Assembly (NCBI GenBank): GCA_040143965.1
Contig: JASJQH010000022.1
Location: 1 to 46,756, forward strand
Length of the DNA: 46,756 nucleotides
Source of the DNA: Basidiobolus ranarum
Taxonomy: Eukaryota
Direction: 5' to 3'
The notes beneath the pieces are model-generated. The model did no database searches. It was not told the DNA's origin and saw only the letters and a program-made list of their open reading frames with translations. Shown in pieces: positions 14,330 to 28,007 of this stretch; position 1 is the stretch's first letter; each line of letters starts with the position of its first letter. The position numbers and the translations under genes are program-made.

Positions 14330-15238
14330 ATGATGACAGGTAGTGATCCCCGTGAAAGCAATTATAACCCTCAAGCTATTAGAAACGACCCCCATAATGC
14401 TCCAGATTTAGAACTACACAAGAGTCCCCTGTACACTGGTGGATTAGCTTTGGCCATTGTTAGTGAGTTCTTCATTATATCTTTCGAGACATTTGATAAC
14501 ATGACTTTTTTAGTGCGGTTGGTTGATCTCGTTTGTGTGTACCATTGTCCTCGGATCTTCAGGGTTCACGTGGTTCGTAGTGGTGTTCACTTTGGTGCTG
14601 TTGCTTATGGCTATAGCGGCACTGTTTACACAATCGGTGTGGCATTATCGGTTTCCGGTAAATGAACGAACAAACCTGATGGACATCAAGATTGTATACT
14701 AATACTAATCCGATTATTGATGTAGCTTTTGACTTTAACAGCAGCAGTGATAGGATTATTGATCTTCCAAATCGATGATACGATATATGATAAAACTCGC
14801 TCTATCATCGCGTTGGGTGCTGGATCACTTATCACTGCAGTTGGATTAGCTCCGTGGTTGTTCCTTTTCGGTCGAGATGATGATATAGATTCTGCTGAAG
14901 TGATCAATCATCAAGTAACTACTAATCGTCAACCTATGGTTCAGGCAAGAAACCAATCTACTAGTCAGCCAGCCCCAGCGATTGCTCCAATTCCACCAGT
15001 CGTTCCGGTTACAACTGCAACAACACCTAAACCCACAAACCTACCCTCTAATAATAATTATCCATACCAAGCTCAAGCACTATACGGTTACGAAGCAAGT
15101 CCGGACGATCCCAATGAAGTCTCTTTCCTTAAAGATGAAGTTGTACATGTAGCAGATACCAAAGGAAAATGGTGGCAAGCTAAAAAATCCGATGGTTCTA
15201 CGGGAATTGTACCAAGTAATTTCTTCCGTATTGTTTGA
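14330..15238 (+). CDS. SHO1: Sho1-like transmembrane osmosensor with C-terminal SH3 domain, multi-exon
   Basis: Several hydrophobic helices, Pro/Thr linker, then YQAQALYGYEASPDDPNEVSFLKDEVVHVADTKGKWWQAKKSDGSTGIVPSNF; TATAAAA near 14256. Confidence 0.85.
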
Positions 15239-15450
15239 ACATTTTCATCATGAAAAATCCTTCTTTGAAAAGGGATTTTTACATGTCGTTAGTAAACTAG
15301 GATAACTCTCACTTCTTCTTTTCTCATCATTTTGACCTTTTAACCTATACAAATTCTCCTACTTTTTCAATAAATCTATCAATTGATACTACATAGGTAA
15401 ACCAATACTTTAACACAATGGCTTGGGTTTATTTAATGTTGATTCAATTA

Positions 15451-18400
15451 TCAATAATCTTCAGCCATGATTAATGTTACTAAAGCACTCCATCCAGTAA
15501 ATGGATGTGAACGTTGTCCACTTCCCGTCTCGGGAGAATATTGTTCCCAGATATAACCAGTTTTCTTATAATCCTTATAGATGGTATTCATAACATTCTT
15601 ACGAAGTTTAGAATAAATCTCATCGACTTGATCCCGGTAAGGACCATCAACATTTCGATAGTTCTTATACAATGAAGAGAGGGCCAAATAATTGATATTA
15701 ATCCAGATCGGACCTCTCCAATAATTTTCATTAGTACCATAGAATTGGTCGGATTTGGAGAGAGAACGTAACCCGTAGGGTGACCAGAGGTGTTCCGGAT
15801 CATACATCATATCTAGGATGGACTTGAGTCGAGGTGAATCTGCTGGTAATAATCCCAATAACATGGGGAACAACGAGATGTATCCATTGTGACAAATAAA
15901 AGAGGACTCTCCTTCATCATTGCCGGTCAAATCACAATACGTTTGTGTCTCTTCATTCCAGTGAAGATCTTCGAGATTGTCAACAATATTCTCATACATG
16001 TCACTGAATTCATCTGCGTCATCCTCTTCTCCAATGTATAAAGCGATATCACGCAGAGTACGCGACATGAATCCCATCCAGCAATGTAGATCCAGGTGGA
16101 GTTCCCCGACGTGGGGTGGTGAAGCGCGTGGATAATCATCAAGACCTACATATTGGTTAGATGATCAGCTCAGTAAATGATGGTCACTGAATGAATAACA
16201 AGTCACCTGAAGTTAAAGTGTGATTCTCAGTACGTCCACGCCAACGATAGGCCTCCTTACTAGAGGCTTCTCTACCAAATCTCTTGATTTCTCCTTTCTG
16301 AGTTCTACGGAACCATTTATAATTCAACTTGTATTTTTCATAAATTTGACGTAGATAGATCTGCGCTGATTCTGAATCCAACAAATGTCTATTGATAAGG
16401 ATGTCGAAATCATCTTCTGATACAATAACCTTGTTGAAACCTCCATCAAATTCTACAGAGGAAAGTTGTTAGGAGGAGGCTCGACAATATTCAACATAAG
16501 AGTGGATGCTTACGGTTGGGCTGGGCTTGAGGTTTGCTGAAATTTCCCAGTCTTTCTACATACTTTTGAATGGCCATAAGAAGAGTAGGTGGATTGGCAT
16601 AATGAGTATACTGCGTTTGGAACTCCGAAGGAACCTAGCAAAGTTCGTATTAGTAATCTGATATTCCATATACACATGAATCGTTTTCTTACTTTGCTAC
16701 GAGCTTCTGGGCCTAGAATTTGTTCTCTTCCAATCCATCCATTAGTGTCAATTAAGGAGGCCCAGTGTTTGATGATTTCCAAGCTAAGGCAATATAAAGT
16801 TAGTGAGGGCCTTGACATCTATATTCTGCCAACAATACCTAAGGTCGTTGTCCCATTTGCCGATTAGCAGTTGATGGAAACCTTCATCCCTAATAATATA
16901 CATTTAATATGTGCAAGAGACATCCTTAAAATGAGCGGCCTTACCACAAGAATCCTCGAGGGAAAAATGGTCGAGAAGGAACAGCAGAAAACAACGTCAT
17001 GGGTGGGGTTAATTTGGCATTGGGTTCGTGGGAATCAATGATAAGCTCTGCATCATCCAGGGATTCTTCCGAGGAGTCATCAACTATACTATCTCCATGG
17101 AAATAACTAAAAATAGCTTCACATATTAGTAAATTGAAAACCAAACCAAAGGCTGATCATCTCATTTACCCAATTCCTCCGAGCATGTTACTCATAGCCG
17201 CCTTGGCAAAAGCAATTTGATGTGGTTTGAATTCCTTGGAAGCTAGTTTGAAAGTGCGTTCAAATCGTTCGTCGAATTGTCGATAAGATGTCTCGAGTAA
17301 GTTGGAGATTTCCTCGCCTACATCCAGATGAGAATTACCATCTCCATTCCAATGAAAACAAAAGGTGCTCTTTCCCATATCTTACCTTTGATGTTGTCAT
17401 GGAGTGATTTTGAATTGAATATAACGTCAAACTGAAACTTTTGGTGAGTACAACATCACAAGAAAGTGTGGAGGGAATTCAACTACCTGGAAGGGAGCTT
17501 CAAGCACTTTTTGAAAGGCATAGAAGTTCGAACCTGGCGCTGATCTGCTTTGGTAAGTGAACAGATAAGCGGGGTCAGGGAAATTGGGCGTGTATTTTTT
17601 AGCTAACTGTGAGGCAGACTGCATTATATGCTGCTGAATATATTCTATTGGACAAGGGTCAGAATCTCACAATGCTATGAAAATATTCGTGTCAAGTACC
17701 TTTAGCTCTCCAATGCTCACCGTGTGGCAAGGGTAGGCCTAGAACCTGTGTAGCATCAAGCTCAGGATAATCATCTTTGGGATCTTCATCGGGCTTGGGG
17801 GATTTGTTATTCTCATCTTTTAATTAAACAACAGTAAGTCAGTTTTAGTTTGTTCTGTTACCCGAAAAGACATACACTTACCATCAAGAATATGCATTTC
17901 AAAATCTCCCAAGTCGCCACCATGACCTTTCAGCTTAATAGGCCCTTTTAGTCCCTTTCAAAAATATTAATAAACACCACTATTGTCTGAGGGCCGCTTA
18001 GAGAGTAAGTACCTTTGACTCCATGGGGCTTGTTAGTGATAACTCGCCCTCTCCATCCATACCTGCGTAAAATATGAGGGCTAATTTCGCCGTATCTATT
18101 TACAAAACACTGTCAATATTTTCGACATACTGTAGCAGGCATAATATTCAAAAGTCTAATATTTGAACCTACCTTTCATGGGTTTTCCGGATATTCTGAC
18201 AGCCCAATCACCACCTGTTTGATATGTAAATGTTAAGTCATACTATTGTTTAACTAAGCGTTCAGCCAGTTTCAAACAAAAACCATAAAAACGAACCATG
18301 CTCTCCACCAGGAACTTTTACAAATTCGGTAGTTAAAATAATGTTGTTGGCTGAATCCTTGATTTCTTGCTGACCGAAAGTACGTCCGTCATGTCTTAAG

Positions 18401-18699
18401 TACCCGTACGAATCCAAGTTATCTCCTTGTTCACAACTGTGACGGATATGTTGGAAAGACTGAATATCATCTAGTCCAAACCACATCAATCCAGTAAGTA
18501 AAGATTCCGGAACTCGTGGACGGGTACCAAAATATAGATTTGGTCGATAGGTTCCCCATAGTAAAGAAGAATTACTGACTATCGCAGAATTCAATTGACT
18601 TTCAAAGTTGGTAGCATAGGTTACACTTGCTTGGAGTATAACTCCAAAAGTTAGAAACCGCGTACCAAATGAAGCGAGCTCTGGTGTACTTAACTTCAT
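15451..18699 (-). CDS. CWH41: Mannosyl-oligosaccharide glucosidase I (GH63), multi-exon
   Basis: [102 protein letters not shown]. Confidence 0.96.
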
Positions 18700-19194
18700 A
18701 TGCCTAATGCCTACTGCCAAACCTCAGCTCTACTACTTCACGTATCTCCGTGGTGTACAGTCATGTGATCTTAAGAATTTCAATAGCAAATGCTATCTTG
18801 ACAGCTCGAATGTATTCCTAGATATAGTATTCCTTGTTACTCTACATGCAAAATATTGGTTATAATTTCAGCAACCATTTATGATCTCGAAACGACCGAA
18901 CTTATTTTTTTGTCCAAGCTCTTTTCAAATAGAAATAGCATCCGTGCTCGAATAATGAGTGACAAGCCAATGAGGAGTAAGCTAAATGTTGAACAAAGTA
19001 GGTTTGTTATAGTATAATTGGTGTAATTATCAAAGAAAATATTGACATATTTATTTCAGTCAACTTTGAGAGATAGATCGCCTTATTGGCTATTGGATAG
19101 ACCACAAAACCCTGTTCAAATAGCTGCTTTATTGCAAGTTCACGCCCTTCCTCTACTGCTTATTCCACAAGTATACTTGCTTCAAGATTAAAAT

Positions 19195-20477
19195 ATGCCA
19201 CCCGTTCCAAGCCTTACACGTTTTAGAAAGTTTGAACTTATAGGTATGACTAACATGACGTGATATTCTTGCAACTTCTACTTACAGGTTATGTTTAGAA
19301 ATTGCCGAAGCTCTCGGCCTACCCACGGAGGGTTTTCGTCCCGATATCGAAGCTAGAATAAGGTTAGTCTTTTACAATCTCCTTTCATACTAAAGTTCCA
19401 CTTCTAATCACTCGCGCCATTTCCTAGAACTTATTTGAGTGAAAATGACGTTAGTGACAACCTTAAAGTTGCTTCCTTGTTGAACGCACCACGCGGAACA
19501 ACCCCTCGAAAACGTACTAGTAGATCTACCAGCCCGGCTGGTGCTAGGTCCACACGCTCCGCCTCTCGTTTAAAGAACTTGTAATTAGTTTTCTCGTATT
19601 ATAGACATTTTTAATGATATACTAAATATTTGTGGTTTATTTTAGTGATTCGGAGTCGCTTACACCAACTAAGCCACGTCAACAAGATTACTCCGAGGAT
19701 TCAGACAAGGAGGATAGAATTACACTCGAAAGACCCAAGCAGCCAGAGTTCTTTATTGACGCCCCAGAGTCTGCGAAGATCCAAAAGATGTTCAAGATTG
19801 AAGAAACCAGGTTACCCGAAATGACCCCTCCTTTCAAATCCGAGTTAATTGAAACTACAGTAGTCACTGAAGAGACGGTGATCGAACCATACGCCGGTGC
19901 TTATAAGGTAATGACGGAATGTATGTGAATCGTTGGACCATTTAATAATTTCCGATTTGACTTTATCAAGAACTCTCAAGTCTGGGGTATTCTCTTGTTC
20001 TTGCTTAGTGTAGAGCTAGCAGTGCTCCTCTATTCTTCTTTCTACGGCACAGATGTAAGTACTGATCCTAGTCTCATCTATTAGTCTTCCCAAATCTTAT
20101 TCCTCATTCCAATATAGCTTGAAATGGTCCAGCTTCACCTCTGGGAGCTCCATTCCGCCTTGGTGCTAACGGTACCCGATATCACTAACTTGATCGTTAG
20201 TTATTCATTCTGGAAACCAATCATCACTTGGTTTATGGTTCTCATTCTAGTTCCTTTTATTCTGTCGTACGTTGTAAATGTCGAGAGAGATCATCCCACT
20301 TTCAGTCCATTGACCTTCTCGGTCATTCGATCTGCCATCGTCTATGGTTTAGGAAATAGAGAGGATATCTTTGGCCAGCTGTACAGCTTGATCCCTTCAT
20401 CTTTGTTGCACATCACGTGCGTCATTGGACTTATTTTGGCCACTTACCGTGGAGTTACCAAGCCTTCTGTTTACTAG
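19195..20477 (+). CDS. Gtt3-like membrane protein (N-terminal helical module, low-complexity middle, C-terminal TM helices), multi-exon
   Basis: MPPVPSLTRFRKFELIEIAEALGLPTEGFRPDIEARI; Ser/Arg/Pro-rich middle; FWKPIITWFMVLILVPFILSY..FSPLTFSVIR. Confidence 0.6.
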
Positions 20478-20517
20478 ACTATCGACTCTAGATTGTTGGA
20501 CTAGATATTCTTTGTGT

Positions 20518-20579
20518 CAGTTACTTTATTTGACTCGGCAGCAGTTACTTCATTTGACTCCGTAACAGTTACTTAATTT
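20518..20579. repeat. 24-bp tandem repeat, about 2.5 copies (CAGTTACTTNATTTGACTCNGNAN)
   Basis: Copies start at 20518, 20542 and 20566, in the 3' region of the Gtt3-like gene. Confidence 0.8.
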
Positions 20580-20868
20580 ACACTTGTTCTTTTTTAGACA
20601 TATTTGAGTGTGGTTTTGTTTGTTTTTACTGTAAGATATTCCTTCTCCAATACAAGATGTAGATAGCATGGTGCTTAGGGTTAGGTATCATGAGAGAATA
20701 AATGTATTTTTACCAGTAAACGACGCGCATCATGATGATATGTTTGTTTGTTTGTTCCTAGGTAACACATGCATACATACACTAAAACACTCTTGATGAA
20801 AGAGACCATCCGTGAATAAATAGCCGACCCCCTCTTCATGAAGCACCCACTCCCTAGCTGTATATATC

Positions 20869-21303
20869 ATGAAACTCTGGTGGATAGGAATTTCTATCTT
20901 ACTTTACATCAACTCTCTATTATGTCAGGAGGTTATGGACACGACTGATTTTGATCCATTAGCTGAAACTTCCCCCACCTCCGCTCCCGAATTTCACTCG
21001 GCAATAAGCCCGGAACCATCCGCTGTTAACGTGAACATAACTAACAATATATCCACGAATGAGCCAGTTGTTGCCACTAGTGCCATTACCGTACCTACCA
21101 CCATTGTTTTTGCCCCTAGTTCAAACCCGGGCGTAACCAAGCCAGCGTCAGCCACCCCATTTCGAAGTACACATCCATCACCTACAGTCACCAGTAGAAT
21201 TAGCCAAACAATCATTCAATCGAGTGACCATGGCCTCTACAGTGGTCCATACTCATGGATCATTCTGATGCTAATCGGGCTGACATTATTTAGTACTTCT
21301 TAG
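20869..21303 (+). CDS. Small secreted Ser/Thr/Pro-rich protein, probably GPI-anchored or tail-anchored
   Basis: Signal peptide MKLWWIGISILLYINSLLC; STP-rich body; hydrophobic tail YSWIILMLIGLTLFSTS. Confidence 0.7.
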   Translation: MKLWWIGISILLYINSLLCQEVMDTTDFDPLAETSPTSAPEFHSAISPEPSAVNVNITNNISTNEPVVATSAITVPTTIVFAPSSNPGVTKPASATPFRSTHPSPTVTSRISQTIIQSSDHGLYSGPYSWIILMLIGLTLFSTS

Positions 21304-21377
21304 TGATAGCTAGCATTGATTCAACCTCCTTTATTCCATTATATTTTGTCTCATACAAATAAACAAATATCCCCCCT

Positions 21378-22560
21378 CTAATGATACTCAATGAACTCCG
21401 AATGTCCAGTTTGCATAGCATGGGCTTGTGCTTCCTTTTGACCTTTCAACCCCGTTTGACAAACGGAGCAGCGAAGAGTGAATCCTGCAAGATCGGTATA
21501 GGCGTGTTTCTAGACAAATGTCAGTAAGAGTGGGTAGGATAGGGTAGTGTAGGGTTAGGAAGAAAGGTACCTTGTTGAACTTGGTAGCTAATTCAATGCA
21601 TCCGGCTAGGATTCCATCATCAGTAACATCGAATTGAGTTTGATCGTATTCTTGCGATGAAAAGAGTTGAGGAGTCATAGCGATAACATCATAATGAATA
21701 CCACTGTACAGAACAAATATACGTTGATCGTATTTCCCTTCACCAAATCTATCCAACCTCAAACTTTTGATATCAATAGAACAAATCTCCACTTTGTAAT
21801 GTTCGGAAAAGATGGAAAGTTCAATAGCACCACCCCAACTTGAATCACGAAGTATCCAATCACAATAACTTTCTCGTGATTGCCCTAGAATCGCGTCTGA
21901 ATACTCTTCTGGACTAATTAAGATTGTATCCGATATCACTGGAAAAGTATCAACTTAGGTCTGGGTGTACTGGTTTAACGGTATTCTAAATAAACTTACA
22001 TTTTCGAAGCTCTTGATGTACTTCCGCTGTTCTTTCTAAGGCGTATCCAACTGACCGGAATAAACAACTATTATCGTCTTTCATTTCCTAAGGGTTCTGC
22101 GTATTAGCATACATGCACAACTAGTTGATTAATGAAACAAATATTTCTTACTCGTCGAATAACATAGCCATCCTCTACTTGAACAGCATCGTCAACCTCT
22201 TCTGGAGGGATAAAAGGTGTTTCGGAAGCTGTTTGAGCTGGTTTCTCTCCCTGGGTAGTATTTGGTTTCTCTGAAACGGTAATTGTCTCTCCATCAAATA
22301 AACCAAAGGTCGATAACTCACTCGTCTCACTACCAACCAAAGGTTTTGGAGGATAGCCTGCTTTTACTAAACTCAACATTGAGTTTTTTTAGTCCCCAGT
22401 GTTCACATTGAAAATAACCAACAATACACTTACTTTCTAAGTTTTCAGCAGGAATATCGGTTAGTTTGGATATAGCGGTAGTTAGTTCACCAAACGAAGA
22501 AGACTCGGTGAATTCGGTCAAATTGAAGGCACCATTCTTGCTTCTACAACGTAATCTCAT
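21378..22560 (-). CDS. OTU1: Deubiquitinase Otu1/YOD1 (ubiquitin-like + OTU + C2H2 zinc finger), multi-exon
   Basis: MRLRCRSKNG, KAGYPPKPL, DDNSCLFRSVGY, SWGGAIELSI, LYSGIHYD, YTDLAGFTLRCSVCQTGLKGQKEAQAHAMQTGH. Confidence 0.94.
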
Positions 22561-22941
22561 ATTTCTAAGGAGCCTCTTTAGTAATAACTAATAAAATAAT
22601 TCCCCTTTCACTATTTTCCCCCTATCTATATGTATTACGGGATAGCGTATTCAACCTTTTTAACTACGGTTGACGTAGTGATCTTAGTATTGTGACTGAT
22701 TATTTTAAATGATTTAATAGGTTGGGTTGTCGATTGATTATTGCTCAATGAAGAAATTTTATTCAACTGATGTCATGATTCTTTTGGGCATATATATACA
22801 CTTGACTATTACATGAAGCCATTTTGATTAGAGGCGAGAAATAGGTTAATGAAATGATGCGGGTGTGGTGATGAGGACGGTGGCTTGATGAAAAATAAAC
22901 ACAGAAGAGAAAGATCCAATATGTACAACGACAAGAGGAGT

Positions 22942-23780
22942 TTAGCAAGTGGAGCCCAAACATATCAACTCGTCATAGCTCTCCATCTGTATGAAATCTT
23001 CAATTAGGTTTATGAATCCACCATCCTGTTGCGTATCGTTATCTTTTGCGGTTTTTTCGAAGGCCATCTCTGGGATCTGATATTTGGCTAGGGAGATATA
23101 CTCGGTAGAATCAGGTCGATCTTGAGGGGTCTTTGCTTTGCTATTGCTACATCTTGTCATGTTAGAAAGGTTCTTCAATGTTGTAATGAAGGATTTTAGC
23201 CTATGTGTGTTCAAGGTGCCTTGTGCGGTAGCATTGGTAACATCTCGAGATTTCTGGGCCTTTTTAGAGCGAGGTGACCATAGATAATCATCTCCACCAG
23301 GGAAAGATCGTTGGAAACATATACAATTCATACTTGAGAGAAACTTTGATAGTATTCCAAGGAAATAGATACAAGTAAATTGAACTCTTACCACTAACTC
23401 TGGTTGGGTTGTTTACATTTATACACTCTATAAGGTCGGTTTTCGGAGAATCAATTCTATCCATTAGTTTCTTCTACAAACATATTCTGATGACCAAGTT
23501 CTGGTTTCAAATGGTAATGCACAACTTGCATAAACGGATCAATGAATGGCGGTTCCAGTTTAACTCATTCTGTGTAGTTGACGTTGGCGCATTTGTAAAA
23601 TGAAGGAATTCTTCAAAATCCCCGATATTCCACCCATCATCTTTCGTATTGCCCCCCTTCCCCTTACTCCAAAAATCACCAAGTTCTTGCTTACTATTAC
23701 AGCTTGAACTTCTTCATTGGCCATATCTCCATCATTACTTATGACATCAAAATGATCGAGCTCCCCACTACACTTCTCCG
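22942..23780 (-). CDS. Hypothetical protein, boundaries uncertain, possibly disrupted
   Basis: 150-aa ORF plus upstream coding-like stretches that do not join cleanly in one frame; no recognisable motif. Confidence 0.3.
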
Positions 23781-24077
23781 CTATGCACTTAGTGAATCAG
23801 CCAAGCTTCTACTCTTCACATTGTGAGATCTCATGTATAACGATCAAATGCTCCACTCTACACGTACTTTACTTATTCGTGTAGATGAATCCTTTATTAA
23901 GAAAGTGCAACCGAGAATCTCACATCTCTTAATTGTCGACTACAAATACGTAGCCATTACGATCGCGTTTCGTAATCACCAATCTATCCGGCGGATATTA
24001 AAGCTTCTCGCATACAATTAATAGATATTAATATCAAACTCACTATCAGGGATCAATAATCAATGTATAAAGAGTGA

Positions 24078-26264
24078 TCATGTCTCGGGAGGAATGCTCA
24101 GTTTAGCTGGGCGTTCTGGATATCTCTGATTATATGATTCTAACACCTCGGGTTCATAGATTCGGACATCTTTCAACTGATTACCAAGAGTAAACCAACC
24201 AGGCCGTGTATTGTGTTGTCGACCGAAAATTTCTGTTCTATTGTTAGCATACTGACAGGCACTAGTGAGTAGAAAGATTTGGTGCTGTACCTATTTTACG
24301 TGTACCAGGAGACAATCGATCTATCATACCATAGATTTGATCTGGTTTTCGGCTAGTTTCTCGAACCTAATGAGAATCAGTTACTTCCATGGATTCATAC
24401 TCGCATGCCTACCCTACCCTAAAAGTGTATTTTTGCGGCAGATTTGAGGTGGTGAACTTACCTCAGCTACTAGTACATCGCAAGCTAAACCGATGTTGAA
24501 TCGACTAGGGTCCCCTTTGATACCAACAAGGCAGTGTTCCTTACTATGATTCAACCAATGTCCAGTTCTACCAGTGCGTATCAGCCGTTGCAGTTGGTTA
24601 GTTTTAATCCACACCACTTCATCCACCCGATCGTATCCCCATGTAGCCAGGCACTCTCGACCAAGCTCCATAGCACGACCAGTGACCCATAGAAAGATCA
24701 ATCCTTCATCCTGTAACTCGTGAATAGCCATGGCTTTCATTTCATCGTCGGTCATGGTACCGTAAGGAAGCTGAAGTAGAAATAAATGTCGTCAAATAGC
24801 ATTTCTTGGTTTGTAAGTGTGAGAAGATATACTTACTGTCATATGTATGTCCCATGGTGGATCAGCCATGATTACTGAGAATTTCCCAAGAATACTAAAG
24901 TCAAATTTACGAACGTCGCAGTTGATCCATTGAGCAGGCAACTAGGTTAATCACCATAAAACGTGATCAGTGAACTTCATGCTAAGAAAAAGTGTCGATT
25001 CATGAAAGTTTCATACCACTTGCTTCGGAGGTCTAAAGATCTATTTGAGAAAGAAATGGTGTAAGACGTTGCACTGATTCTAATCAACCATATGGGTGTT
25101 TCTTACCAAAGAGGTGGGGATTGTGGTTTTGGTGATATTTGCACCTGAAGATTGTTCATAGTCATCCAACTCGTAATGCACGTATTTACAGGTATCCATC
25201 CGATGACAGGTGTTCAGATAAGAGCAATCGCCTAGCTCCAAGTCGGTCTGTGGCCTCATAATACGACGAAAGTGAAGCTACATTTTCCACCCCAAATAAG
25301 TCAATTAAATTAGGCTGTGAATGAACAAAGGTATCGGTATATCATTACCATTGTGCAAGGCTGGTTAGTGATGCTTGTGTTTTTACAGTCTTGCTTGGTA
25401 AGATATTCACAAAACTCTCGAAATCCACCATTCCCTTGGGCTTGAAACTGATATATGAAACAATTAGATTTAGATGAGCGCAAGTGAAAACCCAATCCAA
25501 TTAATTACCATCTCCTCTGCTTCTTGTTCGCGAAATGTCTTGCGTTCAATCAATTCCGTAACACCGATGAGCGAGGAGAATGCTTCCATTTCCAAGAATG
25601 ATGGTTTAGATAGTAATTTCTCAATTTCAGCGTCTTCCGAAAATCGAACCTCTGCAATAAAAAGGAAAGGTTGAATCTCTGGTCAAACTTGACTCCATAA
25701 CACAAAGTAGACTAACCTTCGTTTGGTATGTAAGTGCTAGGTACCTGTGCTGATGTAGTCTTATCTATAAAGATGTCTGGGTCAATAGAATTCTCGTCGC
25801 AGATATCCTCTAAAGTTCTAAAAGAGTTCGGATCAATGGTTATCCAATGATCTTCTATTGAATCTTTACTAAATATACGAACTTTTCGATATGCTGTACG
25901 TTTCTCAAATTCCTCGGATCAAAATAAATGATCGATATGGCACTTTTATCGTTATCGTATTCTCTTTTAATACCAATGGTGTTATATCCCCACATATCAG
26001 CCATCTTGAATAGGGCTCGTTCCAGCTTCATCAGTGAGTTGGTGTCATTAGTAACACGAAGGTGAGGTTTACTCTGAATAATACTAAATAAATCCGATTA
26101 GTTTCTTGTAAATCCGCAAAAGAAATACGCGAGAAAGTAACATACCGTGTAAGCAATTGGTTTGAAGTTAAAGGAAGTCTTACTCCACCAATTTCTTGAA
26201 CCAAAAACTCGAAAAGAATCTTTTGAAAATATAACGTCTCAGTGGGAGAAGTGCCTTGTACCAT
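24078..26264 (-). CDS. IME4: mRNA N6-adenosine methyltransferase catalytic subunit (MT-A70; METTL3/Ime4), multi-exon
   Basis: CCCH regions [13 protein letters not shown] and [102 protein letters not shown]. Confidence 0.95.
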
Positions 26265-26793
26265 AAAATTAAAAGAAACCATATGAGAAAACCTTCTTAA
26301 CTTGGTGAAATGATAACAATGTAGTATGAAAACCAACTTTGGTTTTATAAATAAACCAAAATCTCTCTTGGCTAACCTTCCGCTCTTTCTGAAACTCTAT
26401 TCACTCTGTTATGAACTTTCTCTCTACGTTGACGACTGAGGATCTTTAAGTGATTTAAATCCTCTATTATTTGGTTGGTATGTGACATATTTTTGGGATA
26501 GCATGTATTCAAGGTTAACCTTTGGAATTCTTTGGACTCGTATGGTTTGATTCAACTCAATTCAATTATTTAGGAAATCCAATATGGATCAAATATCAAG
26601 AAATAATATTTACGAGGTTCAATTTAAAACTACAATTTAATGGTTTTGATTTACGACTTATTTACACATGCTTAAAAAAAAGAATACTGCAAAGGGTGGA
26701 TAGTTTAGCAAAATGATAGATGTAAAGGACGAGGTGAAATTACATGAACATCGAGGATAGAAAATGAATACATTCCAGAGAGAATATCTCTCC

Positions 26794-27470
26794 TTAGTAA
26801 TCTTTCTCACTATATACGCTTACATACTCGGTTACATTTAACTTGGATATATCTCCGTATTTCTGATACCACGTATATTCTTGTGCGATCTTTCCCCAAT
26901 ATCTTGACCAGCACGTGTACCAGAGGCCGCCAAATACAAGTCCAGCAAGAATCCCCACTAATATCTGTGCGTAGGTGTGTCTTCCAGTGTTGGATCGCGC
27001 GTATAGATTAGATAGATAAGAAACGTTGATCGGAATCAACAACCATTGCATATGAGACCATTCAGCCTCAAGCAGGGACAGATTAAAGTATATGGTAACA
27101 AAGGTCATTAGTTGCGCATGCGCTGAAGGCATACCATATTTTGAGTGGTATTTAGCGTGTGCAGGTAAGTTTGGTCTAGGTTGGCGGAGTACTTGTTGTA
27201 AAAATTTGGCTAAAATAGTTTGTTAATAAAGAACTTGCAGTAACGAAGTCAAGTTGAAATGAACTAACCGAGAAATACACAATTCACTGCTCCGGTTACA
27301 AAATATAAAGATTGTAATGTTCGCATGTAAACAATGCCAGAGAATATGCAGAAAGTAACGATGAACTTGGTCTGATAAAACAACCCTTGTCAATGCTGAG
27401 CACTTCATCAAATAGAAAAGTACTTTGAACTTACTTCTTTGAATAATGTTGTAAATAATCTGCGAACCAT
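26794..27470 (-). CDS. PAP2-family lipid phosphate phosphatase (dolichyldiphosphatase-like), multi-exon
   Basis: MVRRLFTTLFKE / TKFIVTFCIFSG / KFLQQVLRQPRP...YGMPSAHAQ...ARSNTGRHTYAQILVG (three PAP2 motifs). Confidence 0.85.
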
Positions 27471-28007
27471 TGTATTATTCGATGTTTTGAAAGGGGACTA
27501 CTTGATAACGAAAAACAGGCAGCTAGTTCGCTTGATGCCAGTATATATATATATTGGTTTTAAAATGACCTATCTGTGAGGCAATAGGGGTAGAATGTAC
27601 ACGATATCATATACAGAATAATTTATCAATGGACCTAGATAGACATTCACTTGCATGGGCAAAAAAAATTCAGTTTCAGGAAACACGTGAAATTGGGTCT
27701 CAGCTGAGAATCAGAAACTGCTCACAGGTCATAGTCACACTTAAACACAAATCTCATTCTGACGGAAATACCATTATTATTATATGGATTTAGACAAAAA
27801 CGTCAGTAGCATACATCACTGTCCAAGAATAGAAGATTGTAGTACAAAAATCCCAAAGAAAAGATGTAGATAATTTAATTACACGGCGTAGTTGAAATAG
27901 GATGATTTTCCGGATGATATATAATACCAATAACCAAATGCTAACAAAATGCATCCGAAGAAACTCCGTTCAAACGAGTGTGCTCTAAACCCGAAATCCA
28001 CTGGGAC

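Noticed and set aside
15253-15280. Inverted repeat resembling a rho-independent terminator after SHO1
   Set aside because: Imperfect, AT-rich and located in a eukaryotic 3' UTR; likely chance
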